From assembly GCA_008632985.1 (NCBI GenBank), contig QPGO01000227.1, forward strand, positions 1 through 64,000: DNA of 64,000 bases, given 5' to 3'. Positions 1 to 11,500 of this stretch are shown piece by piece. The number at the start of each line of letters is the position of its first letter. Positions within the stretch are counted from its first letter, which is position 1. The notes under the pieces were generated by a model. That model saw nothing but the letters and a program-made list of their open reading frames with translations. It had not been told where the DNA came from and ran no database searches. Made by a program: the position numbers and the translations under genes. Source of the stretch: Psammoneis japonica (Eukaryota).

Positions 1-180
1 TTCACGGGGGATACGGCATACTCTACAAAAATGCGTGCGGCGATGATTGGAGGCACCTGCGCTGGGCGCGCGGGTGTCGGGGCCCCCCCGTTTTTTCCAG
101 TGTTGGTGTCACGTACCCCCCAATACTTATTTCCACGTAGGAAAGATATAGCGGGGCCCCACTGCGGGGGTGCCACTCTA

Positions 181-560
181 CACTGCAGATGAGATTCTCT
201 TCATTTATGCTCCGAATATTTTATTCTGAGCAACGCTTTATTTAAATTATCCCGACACAATGTGGGACATTCAGAGCAAATAAGAGTTAATTAAGGCGAT
301 AACGCCCACGCAGAGCACAATCAGAGTAAATTTGGTTATTCGGAGCCAGAGAATTTTATTTAGAGCATTGTATCCAGAGCATTAATTTGTAAATTAGAGC
401 ATTGTGCTGACATTCAGAGCGCTGCTGTGATTGTGTCCATTCAATCAGAGCACGACTCTGAACAATGTTTGGATGCCCGTGGAATCTCCATTTAATTAGA
501 GCAAAGCTCTGAATGAACAACGGACATTTAACTAGAGCAAAGCTCTGAATAAACAACGGA
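181..560. repeat. Left TIR and subterminal repeat array (AGAGC/GCTCT motifs)
   Basis: Many (C/T)AGAGC(A) copies in both orientations. There is also a near-tandem duplication of tagagcaaagctctgaat.aacaacggac (about 497-561). This is typical of CACTA-family subterminal regions. Confidence 0.75.
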
Positions 561-582
561 CGACGACAGCCTCTCCATTTAA

Positions 583-972
583 GACGCGTTCCAGCCCTAG
601 GTGGGACTCCGTGTGACATTGGGCCCGTAGAATTCTACGTGCGAGCTCCGTAGTACGAGAATTTAATTAATGGATATGTTTGTCTTCAACATCAAATAAA
701 AGGCCAAGTTTGTGGTACAATTATGCCTCTTACCACTCGACGTTTTTGCAAATGCACCTGCCCTACGCGATTCCTAAGACATTATAGAATCGCGCTGTAA
801 CAAAAAATGTCAAAAGTTTTTGGACGGATCGCTCAATAAGTGTACCGTAAAATGACACAAAATATAAAAAAAATCACGTAGAATTCTACGTGCGCGACAT
901 ACGACGAGATTCAAAAAACTATCGATGTCACAGTTCAGTGGTACGAGGTCCCACCTAGACCTGGAACGCGTC
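583..972 (+). mobile_element. MITE, GAC-terminus family copy 1 (least mutated)
   Basis: Terminal inverted repeat GACGCGTTCCAG...CTGGAACGCGTC with TSD TTAA (579-582, 973-976). Homologous to four other copies in the window. Confidence 0.9.
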
Positions 973-1632
973 TTAAACAGATCACAACTATGAACAAATT
1001 TGCTGATGCTCTGAACAACTGTCATTTACGAAGCTGTGCTTCGATTGACTCTGTTGACAAACACATCCGCCGAACCCTGACTGTGCCGGTGAAATCAAAT
1101 CCCAAGCAATCATGTGTTGTGTTGCGTCGTGCGCATGTGTTGCGTTGCCTTGTTGTTTGTTGTTGTTGTTTCGGGTTGTCCTTCGGCGCCGTTTGTCAGA
1201 TGCAGCTGACATGGTCTTTTGACAACACTGCACACACAATGCAAACCTGCAATTGCAAGAACCATTCAATGCGTTCATGCAAACCCAAGCTGCCTTTCTT
1301 TGTCCAAGACTTGTTCCAGACTCAGGTGGCGCGCACTTGCCCCTTTTTCGCACCCTGTCAGAATTTTTATGCACCATCCAATTTGAAAAAAATAAATGTT
1401 AAATCTACTGTCAAAATATTTTTATATTTAAATTCCGTCTCGTAGGTCAATGTGACTGTTGCATGTCAGCGTGCGAGTGTGTGGGAAACACGCGGAGGGA
1501 TGCAACCTTGTAGTTTGCTCCTCGCCTCACAAAGCAGCTGCACAACTTTCTTTTTTGCAAATCGTTGAATCAGTCCAAAGGCTTGTGCTTCAGACACGGA
1601 CACAAAAGAGCATGTGGGCAACAAACGAACAC

Positions 1633-4600
1633 ATGCCTCGCTGCAAAGGCATTGGCCGCAATCACAAATCAGGCACTGGGCGGAACCAGCAGGCCTCAAG
1701 CCGTGAAGTTTCTTCTGTTTCATCCTTGAGGAATGCATCCACTTTGGCTGCTGGCTGCAGTGGAGATGTCGCCTCTATGAATTGCGAACATCGTGTCTCG
1801 TCTACAGCAGAGGGTGCAACCTTTGCCGAAGTTGCAGTTGGTGCTACCGTCGCTCCCGACCAAAACCAAAACAGAGACGACAGTTTGAATGTACAAGAAT
1901 CTGCCGGTGCACCATCTGATCCAGCCGATGCCACGGGAAACATCTCCATTGTCCCCCCACGGGAGAGCGCCACAAAGCATCTTTCATCACACAAAAGAAA
2001 GCGGGAGAGCGCCACCAAGCGTCTTTCATCATACAAAAGAAAGAAAATTGAGAAGGCAGAAATAGTCGAAGCTGGAACGACCCACCCATTTGCATTCACT
2101 AAGGGAGGCAAACAAAGAAGCAAAGCCGCTGCTGAGAAGGCTCGGAGAAAAGAAATTTGGAAGCTTCTTGACATAGTGCAAAACCTTGACTCAGAAGAGC
2201 AGCGGGTTTCCGTAGTTCAAGGTTTCCTAGAGCACCGCGAAATGACGTCAGTTTCAAAATCGATAGGGTACTATCTTGAGGAGGAACGGCAAGCAGCAGT
2301 ATTATCGTACAATCAGCAACAGAAAATGATAGCGCGAGCCATTGAAACAGACAAACAACGAGGCCGTCCCGACGATGACCGAAGCAATTTCGTTGACAAC
2401 CTGTTGACGGCATCCCAAGCGTCCCCTGACAAAGCACCTGCGCCAAAGAAACTGTTCAGTGGCTCTGGCATGTCCTCCAAGACGCTCAACCGTCGAATGA
2501 TGAAAGCCAAGGAGAAACGTAAAGATTTGATAGCCAAGGCCAAAGGGGTGCGATGGTCTACAGGGCGTAAGCGGAAAAGGTGGCAGAAAATTTCGACGGA
2601 GATTGAAGACAAGCTGGAGAATTGGATACGAAAACACGAGCTAGTAGTTAACTCTCCCATCACTAGCGACACACTCCTGGTGAAAAATCGAAAAACGGGA
2701 AAGAAGGAGAGAAAAGGTAAGTTGCTTTTGCCGGTGTCGGTACGAGAACTCCACAACAGCTTGATCCTACCTGAATCTGCGGGCGGGCTGAAAGAAGCCC
2801 GCAAGGAGGATGGCACGGTATTAATAAGCGACACGATGCTTCGTTCTCTCCTAAAAAAGCTGACGCCAGAGCTTCGAAAAATGACTGAGCGACACAAGCA
2901 AATGTGCGGTTGCGAGGCATGCATTGTGACTGGAACCCTACTCCGTGATCTGTATGCATACAGGTCAAGAGCTGCGACCAGAATGAAAAATAGCATTGCC
3001 GGCCTTCCCAGCAATGAGAAGTCCGCAGCGGAGAGGAAGTTGCATGAATACACAAGTTTAATATACACTCCCGACGGTGAACCCAAGTACAGGCGACCCG
3101 CGGATGCCACCAAGCTGTTGCAGTGTGCAAATGTTGGTGAGCTCGGTCATCCTCGATGGGAATGTGTGTTGCGTCGATGCAAGCATTGTCCAAAGTACCT
3201 TCCACCTGAACCCGAGCGATCCGAAGTATCTAGTGCGACAACAGATATATCGTTCCACACCTATGCACCCCACACAAGATGTTCTGAGCATGGCATTCTC
3301 CCCCTGAACTCCGAGAAATGCGACCGGTGTGAGGCCCCGGCTAACAAAGAAAAGAAGGGGAAAGTACGAACGAGGAAGCTGCTTACCCTTTACAAAAAGC
3401 CAATAGGAGTATTCCACAAGGATTATTTGAAACCGGCGCTCGAAAAGATGGCGTACCACTGGCCACATGTGACGATGCTGGGAAAGAATCATTGCGGCAA
3501 GCTTCGAAAGGAGACATTCGCTCGAATGGTAACGGACCTATACACACACCGAGACTATGCAGAGCGACTGACTGAAGCAATGAATAACAAGATTCAGTCG
3601 GAACACTTCGGACAGAACAGGGACTTGTCGATGGAGGGATGCTCACTGGAATTCTTTTCTGATGAAATAGTAAAGAGATATCGCGAGACGGGGGAACTGC
3701 CCACGGTCGAGGATAGCACGATGGAGTTCCATTCGCATCTTTCTGATAACTCAAAGCAAAATGCAAAGTACACTCACGCGCACATGTGTGAGATGTTGAA
3801 TTACTTGCGAAACAGAGGCATTGTATTGTTGAACAACACCTTGTGGGACAACACTGATGGATGCTTGTGCCAGTATCGATCCGCTCTTGCCATGTACTGC
3901 CTTTCCGTCCTAGCAGTCAAATACCAGATAGTCATCAATCGAGCCATTGGCGCCCCAGGTCATGGCAAGGACCTAGTCGATGGTTTGAATGCCACAGACA
4001 AGCGCTTCTTGCAAGACCTGTTCAAAATTCCATCAACACCAGCGGACATTAATGACGAAAGAAAGATGGAGCCGCACTCAATGACAGGGGACGAAGACAA
4101 TAGCTTGGCAAAGGTTGCCGCCGAAGCCTTGAGCAATCCATCAAGGATCTCTGGTGTAAAGGGAGATAAGAAACACGCGAAGCGTGAGAGTGAAGCTAAA
4201 ATGGACAAGAGAGAGTACCACGTGCAAAACCCAGATGATGTGCTTCACAAAGGATTGGACAAAAAGGCAATTGGATACGAGAAGGGGAGCCGCAATGGGC
4301 TCATGTCGCATCACAACGTACAGGCGGACCACAATCTTGGCGTGGGTCGGGTTGCAAACCGGCGTATCCCCTGCGGATGCAAACCTTGCATGACGCAGCT
4401 TAAGTTGCCTTGGCAGCCAGGTGTCAAGCCTGAAGAGCAACAACGCTATGCTCCCTCGACTGATTGCGTGTATCGTGACATATTTGGATCATTTAATGAC
4501 TGGCGGATCATAACATTGGTGGACAGAAATGAGCGAGATAAGGATGATGACGAAGAAGTGTACGAATCTGTACTTGCCGGTATGACTGAGACAATGTATG

Positions 4601-5145
4601 ACAAAATCCAAGCTGGTGGATTTGGAGCTGTGTCCACAGAAGATCCTGAAGCAGATGGGCATTATTTGATGAAATGGAAGAATGGGCCATACACTCTACA
4701 AGATGACGTAACCCTGTCCGAGTCCAACCATTTCAAGAGAGGCGATCAAGTTGTCGAAGGTACATACTTGACCAAAGTGCCGAGAGCAAAAGGCTGGTAC
4801 ACAAAGGCACCTGAAGAAAGTGAGGAAGAGCAAACAACCTTGGTTAGAGTTCAGCATGTGGTTGCAGGGGCGATTGAGCTGTCTCCCGAGAGTGATTCAT
4901 TAGAGCTTCCACGGACATGCGACAAAACGGCAGCACGAAGACTCGGCCCACTCCACATAAGTCAAAATGATCACAACATAATTGTAGACCAGATTTCCCT
5001 CCGAGAATTCCTTGATTATGAAGAGAACAGAACGACGAGTTCTACAGATGGGGAGGGCGCTGATTGGGAAGGTGACAACGACGATGAAGACTTCGATGAC
5101 GTTAGCGATGAAGACAGTGAGGAGGAGCCACATGAGTGCTACTAA
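1633..5145 (+). CDS. Sola2-like DDD transposase
   Basis: Motifs DYAERL..KIQSEHF, HLSDNSKQ, WDNTDGCLCQYRS and APGHGKDLVDGLNA match the Sola2 pattern (DFAENY/QSxHW/SDGxxxQYK/HGKGxxDG). It has Cys/His clusters and an acidic tail. ATG at 1633 is chosen as the likely start, although the ORF is open from 1459. Confidence 0.8.
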   Translation: MPRCKGIGRNHKSGTGRNQQASSREVSSVSSLRNASTLAAGCSGDVASMNCEHRVSSTAEGATFAEVAVGATVAPDQNQNRDDSLNVQESAGAPSDPADATGNISIVPPRESATKHLSSHKRKRESATKRLSSYKRKKIEKAEIVEAGTTHPFAFTKGGKQRSKAAAEKARRKEIWKLLDIVQNLDSEEQRVSVVQGFLEHREMTSVSKSIGYYLEEERQAAVLSYNQQQKMIARAIETDKQRGRPDDDRSNFVDNLLTASQASPDKAPAPKKLFSGSGMSSKTLNRRMMKAKEKRKDLIAKAKGVRWSTGRKRKRWQKISTEIEDKLENWIRKHELVVNSPITSDTLLVKNRKTGKKERKGKLLLPVSVRELHNSLILPESAGGLKEARKEDGTVLISDTMLRSLLKKLTPELRKMTERHKQMCGCEACIVTGTLLRDLYAYRSRAATRMKNSIAGLPSNEKSAAERKLHEYTSLIYTPDGEPKYRRPADATKLLQCANVGELGHPRWECVLRRCKHCPKYLPPEPERSEVSSATTDISFHTYAPHTRCSEHGILPLNSEKCDRCEAPANKEKKGKVRTRKLLTLYKKPIGVFHKDYLKPALEKMAYHWPHVTMLGKNHCGKLRKETFARMVTDLYTHRDYAERLTEAMNNKIQSEHFGQNRDLSMEGCSLEFFSDEIVKRYRETGELPTVEDSTMEFHSHLSDNSKQNAKYTHAHMCEMLNYLRNRGIVLLNNTLWDNTDGCLCQYRSALAMYCLSVLAVKYQIVINRAIGAPGHGKDLVDGLNATDKRFLQDLFKIPSTPADINDERKMEPHSMTGDEDNSLAKVAAEALSNPSRISGVKGDKKHAKRESEAKMDKREYHVQNPDDVLHKGLDKKAIGYEKGSRNGLMSHHNVQADHNLGVGRVANRRIPCGCKPCMTQLKLPWQPGVKPEEQQRYAPSTDCVYRDIFGSFNDWRIITLVDRNERDKDDDEEVYESVLAGMTETMYDKIQAGGFGAVSTEDPEADGHYLMKWKNGPYTLQDDVTLSESNHFKRGDQVVEGTYLTKVPRAKGWYTKAPEESEEEQTTLVRVQHVVAGAIELSPESDSLELPRTCDKTAARRLGPLHISQNDHNIIVDQISLREFLDYEENRTTSSTDGEGADWEGDNDDEDFDDVSDEDSEEEPHECY

Positions 5146-5330
5146 ATTAGACATGTGTAACATCTGCTCTACCACTTGAGAATGGCATTCAGGATGTTTG
5201 CACTAAGCGGACTACCAAAGCAGGTGACATATTACGACAGAAATGCACAGGTTAGGATTGGAAATGTCAAAGCAAAAACGGCTCATATGGCACATGGCCT
5301 ACCTTTGTATGCCCCAATTAACACCCAAAT

Positions 5331-5983
5331 AACATAAACGCTCCGTCTGGTTGCTAATAGTAACAAAGAACCCCCACTGCAAGCTACTCCTGACGTATAC
5401 GGGACGGTTGATCTACCGTCTACCTTCTGCAGACGGGAAGGTAGAAGTCACTCCGAATCGGAAAATAGGCATCACCAAGTCAACAAGAAAGCTCAAATCG
5501 ACGTCCAACTAACATAAACGCTCCGTCTGGTTGCTAATAGTAACAAAGAGCGCCAACTGCAAGCCACTCTTGACGTATTCGGGACGCTTCATCTACAGCG
5601 CACGGGGCGGCGGGACCAGAGAACACGTGGTATCGCGACAGATGTGGGGTTTAGAAGTAAAAATTATGGTGCAGTAACCCCTCAAGCAGAACAGAGCTTA
5701 CCTATGAATGGGAATAGAGCCACAGAGACCCGAATGAAGGCTCTTATTGTTGTTCCCGACGTCGATCTACCGCCTACCTTCTGCAGACGGGAAGGTAGAA
5801 GTCACTCCGAATCGGAAAATAGGCATCACCAAGTCAACAAGAAAGCTCAAATCGACGTCCAACTAACATAAACGCTCCGTCTGGTTGCTAATAGTAACAA
5901 AGAGCGCCAACTGCAAGCCACTCTTGACGTATTCGGAACGCTTCATCTACAGCGCACGGGGCGGCGGGACCAGAGAACACGTG
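5331..5983. repeat. Internal direct repeats in the 3' region of the Sola2-like element
   Basis: aacataaacgctccgtctggttgctaatagtaacaaaga occurs at 5331, 5511 and 5866. A block of about 220 bp is duplicated at about 5410 and 5764. Confidence 0.9.
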
Positions 5984-8900
5984 ACTTGGCGACAGCAACA
6001 GAGGGTGAGAAGGGAAGAAGGAGATTGTGACGTACTGCCTTTTCCACTTTCAGAGACACGGTTCCTTGCCTGGTATGGAAATACAAGAAATGAAAGGCGT
6101 CGCTGTCAGAATAGGAACTGCTTGCCGAACGAGTGTCATGGCCTTTCGTCCTCCGTTTTGGCGCCTGTTTGTACTGCTGTTTTTACTGTACAATACCTGT
6201 GGATGAATCCCCATACAGTCGTTGTCGCTCATTTGTCCGTTGAATGATGTTGCCCAACAGTGAAATCTCTACTATATTTGTAATAATTCTTTTCTATATA
6301 GTAATTTATGTACCTTTTGTGAAATTATATGAATATCTGATTGAGCTGAAATTTTTATGTATGTTATTCAAGACCCAATAAAGATTTAAAAATTTCGTTG
6401 AATCCGATGAAAAATTCGATCGCTTATCTTTTACGGTACCATTTCACGTCCAAAAACTGAATCTATCAACAGAAACGACGATATGGGTACACGCACGAGA
6501 CCTTCCTGTATGTACCCATACCATCACATTTGAAAATCATAGTGTTACATCGTTCGAAAATGGCACCGCAAGTTTGGACTGCGCGTTTCATGCGAAAAGG
6601 GGCATTTTTTCGCGCGTGAGCGCACCTGAGTCTGGAACAAGTCCCAACCTTGTAACTGCTTGATCCAAAAACAACATCACACTTTTCGCCACAGCACTTT
6701 GCAGGGAACAGTGGGTTGGTTTTGAAGTGCGCTTGAGCAAAACATTTTCCGTCATCTTGATGGACCAAGGCATGGAACAAGTGGGCCTCCTCGCACTTGC
6801 GCTGAAAACACAAACAAACAAACACAATTGGTTTGCGTGCGTGAACAAGACAACACAACAACAGGCATGCCAAATCAACAATGACGTTTGCTCTGTGCCT
6901 GCGAATTGCAAGCAGTTGTTTGATCCACTTGAGCCACAACGAGTGTTGCAGTTTTGTGTGTGCGTTTGTCATTTGCTGTCTTTGTCTTTGTTGCAAACAA
7001 ACAACAAAGTGAGAGGTGATGTTTCCAAGATGCTGCGCACAATCCGCACGACTTCATCATGCATTCTCTCTGCTTTGTTTTGCAATGGATTTAACAATGG
7101 TTTAGAGTGGTTGGCTGGTTGAGTCTGCAAAAGAAATGCCATCATGACACACATTGAATGCCGTTAGATCAACTTCTCAATGGCAATCCGGAGCACCAAC
7201 AATGCTCTCACCTCTTCATTTGCACCATATGCCATTGTCTCTTTGACCTTTCTCATTGCAAACAACAATGGCTGTGTGAGACGTGTCCGATGAATTGCAC
7301 AATTGGCTGCAAGACAATGTGATCTTGCCGTCTTCTGTGGTGCTCTCTCTGGCATTTCAGCAACTGGGGATGGTTGAGTCTGGCATCCAGCAATGATGCC
7401 CCAAAGTGGTTGGAGCAATTGTTTCATTTGCAACTGGAGCACTGACATTGCTCTCACCTTTTCATCATTGCCACTGTCAACCACCTCATTTGCCTGGTCA
7501 CAAAGAACAGCAGGAGCAGTGTGATTGGTCAATCCAATCCATGTGTCGCGCTCTGCCTCAGAACTCTGTTCACTCACTTGTTTTTTTTGTGCTCGCTCCA
7601 GTGTTTCAACTGTCTGGGATGGTTTGGTGTGGCATCCAGCAACCCAATGAGGCCAAAGAGCTGTTAGAGCAACAGTCCAAATTGACAGCTGGAACACCGA
7701 CAATGCTCTCACCTTTTCTTTTGCACCAGTTGGCTCGTCCATCTCATCAACCTTTTGCATGAAGAACAGTGGTGTGAGCGACGTGCAATTCAGCCGCATG
7801 ACACAATGCATTTTTCTTGCCGCTGGAGCGTTCCCGGGCTCTTGTTCCGTCCTGCAACAAGGGGACCCAGACAACTGTGTCTGACAAGCCAAACAAGGCA
7901 TCAAAGCGGAAGTTGGTTAGAGCCATCCAACACCACAGCAATTGGACCACCAAATCATGTGGTCACCTGTGACACCATTTCTGCCAACTCTTCGTCATTG
8001 GAATTCCAACCATCGATGACATCCAAATCCATGGTGAGGGGTTCTAGTTCATCATTGCGCTCCCGACGAGGAATTTGCTCTGCCTCCTTCTCCTTCTCGG
8101 TTAACTTCCGCTTTGCCGTTGGTTCGGATGGGCAATTTAGCGCGGTGTCCATGGTCAGTGTTGACACCTGAGTTTCGGACTCATGTTGCGGATCAAGCAC
8201 AATCTCTTCGTTGACCATTTGGGATGAACTGGTGACTGTCATGCTGCCACGAATCGACTGGAGCAAATCTTCCTTGGACAGCGGAACTCCCATTTGTTCT
8301 GACAACATGCTTGCTGTTTTCGCAAGGTCCACAAGGGATGCAATGTCAATGTCTTTGCTGGATGCTCCCTGAGCAACTTGTTTTGATGCTTCGGTGTTCT
8401 CCTCCTGCTGTCAAGGACCGGAAATGGGAACAAAGTCGTCAACCAAACAAGATTGTCAACAAAAGGACAAACAAACAATGTGCGACTAACTCACCGCCAC
8501 TGGTTTCATCGACACGACGTAAAACTTTGCTTTGGTTGTTGTTTCCGCATTGGTTGCAGCGGGGACGGCCACACATGTTTTACCTCCATTCTCCTTGTTG
8601 CTCTTGTGCATTGCAGTTGCCACACACCAGCCTGCTTTCCGCAGCATAAACTCCACAAACGTTTTAATCATTTGACATTTGGCTTGGCGTGCCACCACAG
8701 CAAACCCGCCTCTGTCATCGCGACACATTTTGCGAGGTTTGCTGGAAGCGTCCGTGGCATGCGGCATGAGCTTCATGTTGTTTGCGGTGAACCATTTGTC
8801 AATGGCAGCAGCCAGCCATCCTCTGTTGCGATGAAAGGCGTGGAAAACTTGATGCACGAGCTGCTGATTCTCGGCTGTGCTGTCCATGCTTGCCAGAATG

Positions 8901-10127
8901 TTTTTGAAGTCTTCTGTTGTGACGGGATTGGTGTTTGTTGATGGCATTGCCACTTCCTTGTCCATTGCATTTTTCCGACAGCCCTCCAGGCATTGAGTCA
9001 TGACGTGTTGTCGAAGGGACGACCGGATTTGTGCCACCTCTTGTGGCATCTTCTTGCCATTGGGCGGCACCGTCTCCACCTCACCAAGTTGTGGACGTGC
9101 CTTTTGGTGTGACCACAAAAGAGCAGCATCCTCTGGTCTTGTGGGGTTGGCCCCTGTCGTCGGATGGAAAAAGTCTCTTGGACAATCCAATGGACGATTG
9201 GGTGCTGTCATTTTTTCCCCTGGATTTGTTGCAGAAGCTTCCCACTGCATGTCAGATCACAATGTTAGCTTCCAAATGCACACTTCGATTTCAAATGCAC
9301 CCACCTGTGTTCCCCGCCATTGCAACATCTGTCCTTGACGGGGTTGTGTTTCCCTCTGTTGAAGTGTTTGCCCTCGATGTGTTTGTAAGATCAAGGCTGA
9401 CGACCGACACCTGTGTCTGATGAAATGAATTCGTCATTGTGTTTTCGACTTCTAATCGCTTTTTACACTTGTGGATGGTCCGGGACGAGCCGAATCTGTT
9501 TGACACAATTGCAAAGTCACGGTTGCATGTTCTCATTGCACGGTTTTTGAACTGTGTTCAGTTTTGTTCTTTTCTGCATTTTTCATTGTTTCAATCAAGC
9601 ATTGTTGTTCTGAAATGAACATTGACAACCATGTCGACCTGTGTGTCAAGAAGATTGTTCTTTCCTCCCATTTGAAACAAAATTTTCCTCAAACAAAAAT
9701 TGGGTTCTCATTGGTTCACTTTTGAATGTGTGATTTTCCACAATTGAAGTTTGATTTTTCATGTGTGTTCTTTTTTAAAGTGCTCGCTTCATCTACGTTG
9801 TTGAATGAAATGCATTGTGCAATCACACGATTGGGTGGGAGTGCACGCGCGCGTGCGTGCTGCTCTTTCAGCATGTGGAACATGTGTGGGGCCCTGCGCA
9901 CAGGGCTTGTCTGCAAATGCGCAGTGCAGCAGAATGCACGTGTTTTGCGCTTTTGGTGATTGAGAGCACATGCGTTGCTCCACCTCATTTTCACAAATCC
10001 TCTGCGCTGCGTAAGCCCATCAACAGAACTGCGATCCCTCCCCTCTTTTCCATCCAATCATCTTTTGGGACTCTTCTTGAATCTTGCATCTTGCTCTTTT
10101 GTGCATTGAACAATCCCAAACGACGCC

Positions 10128-11500
10128 ATGGACGACATGGCAAACAATTGGGGGTGCAATTTGGTTGCCGTTAGCCCGCGTGGCTTAAAACGCAATGGCG
10201 AAGATTTGATGAATTCTTCCATGGACATCGGCCACCACAAGCAGTTAGAAGAAGTTGTTTTTCGTCACTTTGATGGTGAATTGCTGCTGTACAAAGTGAT
10301 GCCAAACGGCTCCGATGCAAATTTGTTTGCAGTTGATTCTGTGACGGGAGGGCACAACGACGGATGTTTGATTGCATGTGGAAGTTATGTGGCCGGTGAT
10401 CATGGGCCCATCCACTGTTGGACCACCAGCACGTTCAGTGCAGAACATGGTCCGAGCGCGGCAATGCACCCGGACGACGTGTTCAACTCTTTTACACGCA
10501 ATCACACCATTGCGCTGCCGCATCACATGCCAGGCACTCTGAGCTCCGCGGAGCTCAGTGAGTGCGAAAATGATTGTCTCAACCACATTCATCTCCGTTG
10601 TTTGATGCAGGCTGTAAAGAAGGTGCCAATCACTGCATTGTTTTTAGAATTGATGCTGGCAAACAATGGCGCAACACTCAGCGACAACTTTCTAGAATCT
10701 CTCGGTCGGTTGGCTCACCACCATTCCTTTGAGATTGTTGTTGACGAAATTGTGACAGGCGGGCGCAGTGGATGCATGCTGTCATGCCTGGCTAAACCCA
10801 AGCATTTTGTTGATGCTGTTGCCTGTGTTGCCATGGGCAAATGGCTGCAAGCTGGCACCGTTTTAGCAAAACCCGATCATTGCAATCGGTTTTGCAGCAT
10901 GACATCATCTCTTCCCAATCGTGGCACCTCCACGGGCATGGATTGTAAACAAATTGTCATGACATGGAAGACTGCAACTTCACAGTTTTGTCTCACAGCC
11001 GAGCGTCGACAAACTGTCCTAAAGAAACTCAAAGTGACAGAGCAAGATGCGTGGGGCAGCGGCTTGCTTGTGTTTGCTCCTGTGAAACGAAGTGATCTGA
11101 CGCCAGCGACCAAGAATCATTTCCTTCCTTTGCTTTGCGCCACCCCATTGGACAACGTGAAAGTCCAAAAGCACGATCAGTGGACAAAGCCTCTTGTGAG
11201 CCAATGCATCATTGATGGATGCCGCTGTTGGTTAAACGCACACCCGCACACGGACGAGGAAATGAATGGCATGTGTGGGTTGCTCAGTCATTTTGCGGAT
11301 CAACCCGCGGGCACGTGTTTTCAAACTAAGGGGCTCATGATGAATGTCCTTGGTGGGAAGCCTCGCACACTGCCGCAAACGTGCCAACTGTTGCGTGCTG
11401 CAGAAAAGGCCGGGCTTGTTGGCAAACATTGGTGACTCGCAAACGCCTGCATGCCTGGAAATCGTTGGCCCCGACAACCATGCCAAGCAAGAAGAATTAA
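10128..11500 (+). pseudogene. Class-III PLP-dependent aminotransferase-like protein with short C-terminal extension (cargo gene B, hypermutated, 1-nt frameshift near 11425)
   Basis: Class-III motifs appear in order: NGSDANLFA, GSYVAG, ALFLELMLANNG, IVVDEIVTGGRSG and MGKWLQAG (putative Schiff-base Lys). The duplicated copy at 11766 onward supplies the in-frame tail GKTLVTRKRLHAWKSLAPTTMPSKK. Confidence 0.78.

Larger units (their letters stand above)
1308..6643 (+). mobile_element. Autonomous Sola2-like DNA transposon (young)
   Basis: Perfect 21-bp TIR GACTTGTTCCAGACTCAGGTG and 4-bp TSD CCAA (1304-1307, 6644-6647). It contains one long uninterrupted transposase ORF. Confidence 0.88.
988..9536 (-). 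pseudogene. Multi-exon cargo gene A with C-terminal Cys-rich (putative Zn-binding) domain, split by the Sola2-like insertion
   Basis: Removing 1308-6643 plus one CCAA joins ...KCCGEKCDVVFGSSSYKVG to QRKAAWVCMNALNGSCNCRFALCVQCCQK in frame. Upstream minus-strand ORF pieces at 6969-7904, 7955-8332, 8486-9250 and 9291-9536 look like further exons. The exon structure is inferred. Confidence 0.5.

Noticed and set aside
181..560. Short repeats with variable spacers resembling a CRISPR array
   Set aside because: The motif is only about 6 bp, occurs in both orientations with irregular spacing, and has no cas genes nearby. It is explained as transposon subterminal repeats.
1459..1632. N-terminal extension of the Sola2-like ORF (similarly 24602-24751 and 42944-43033)
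   Set aside because: The ORF-finder starts are non-ATG codons. Downstream ATGs are more plausible in a eukaryote.
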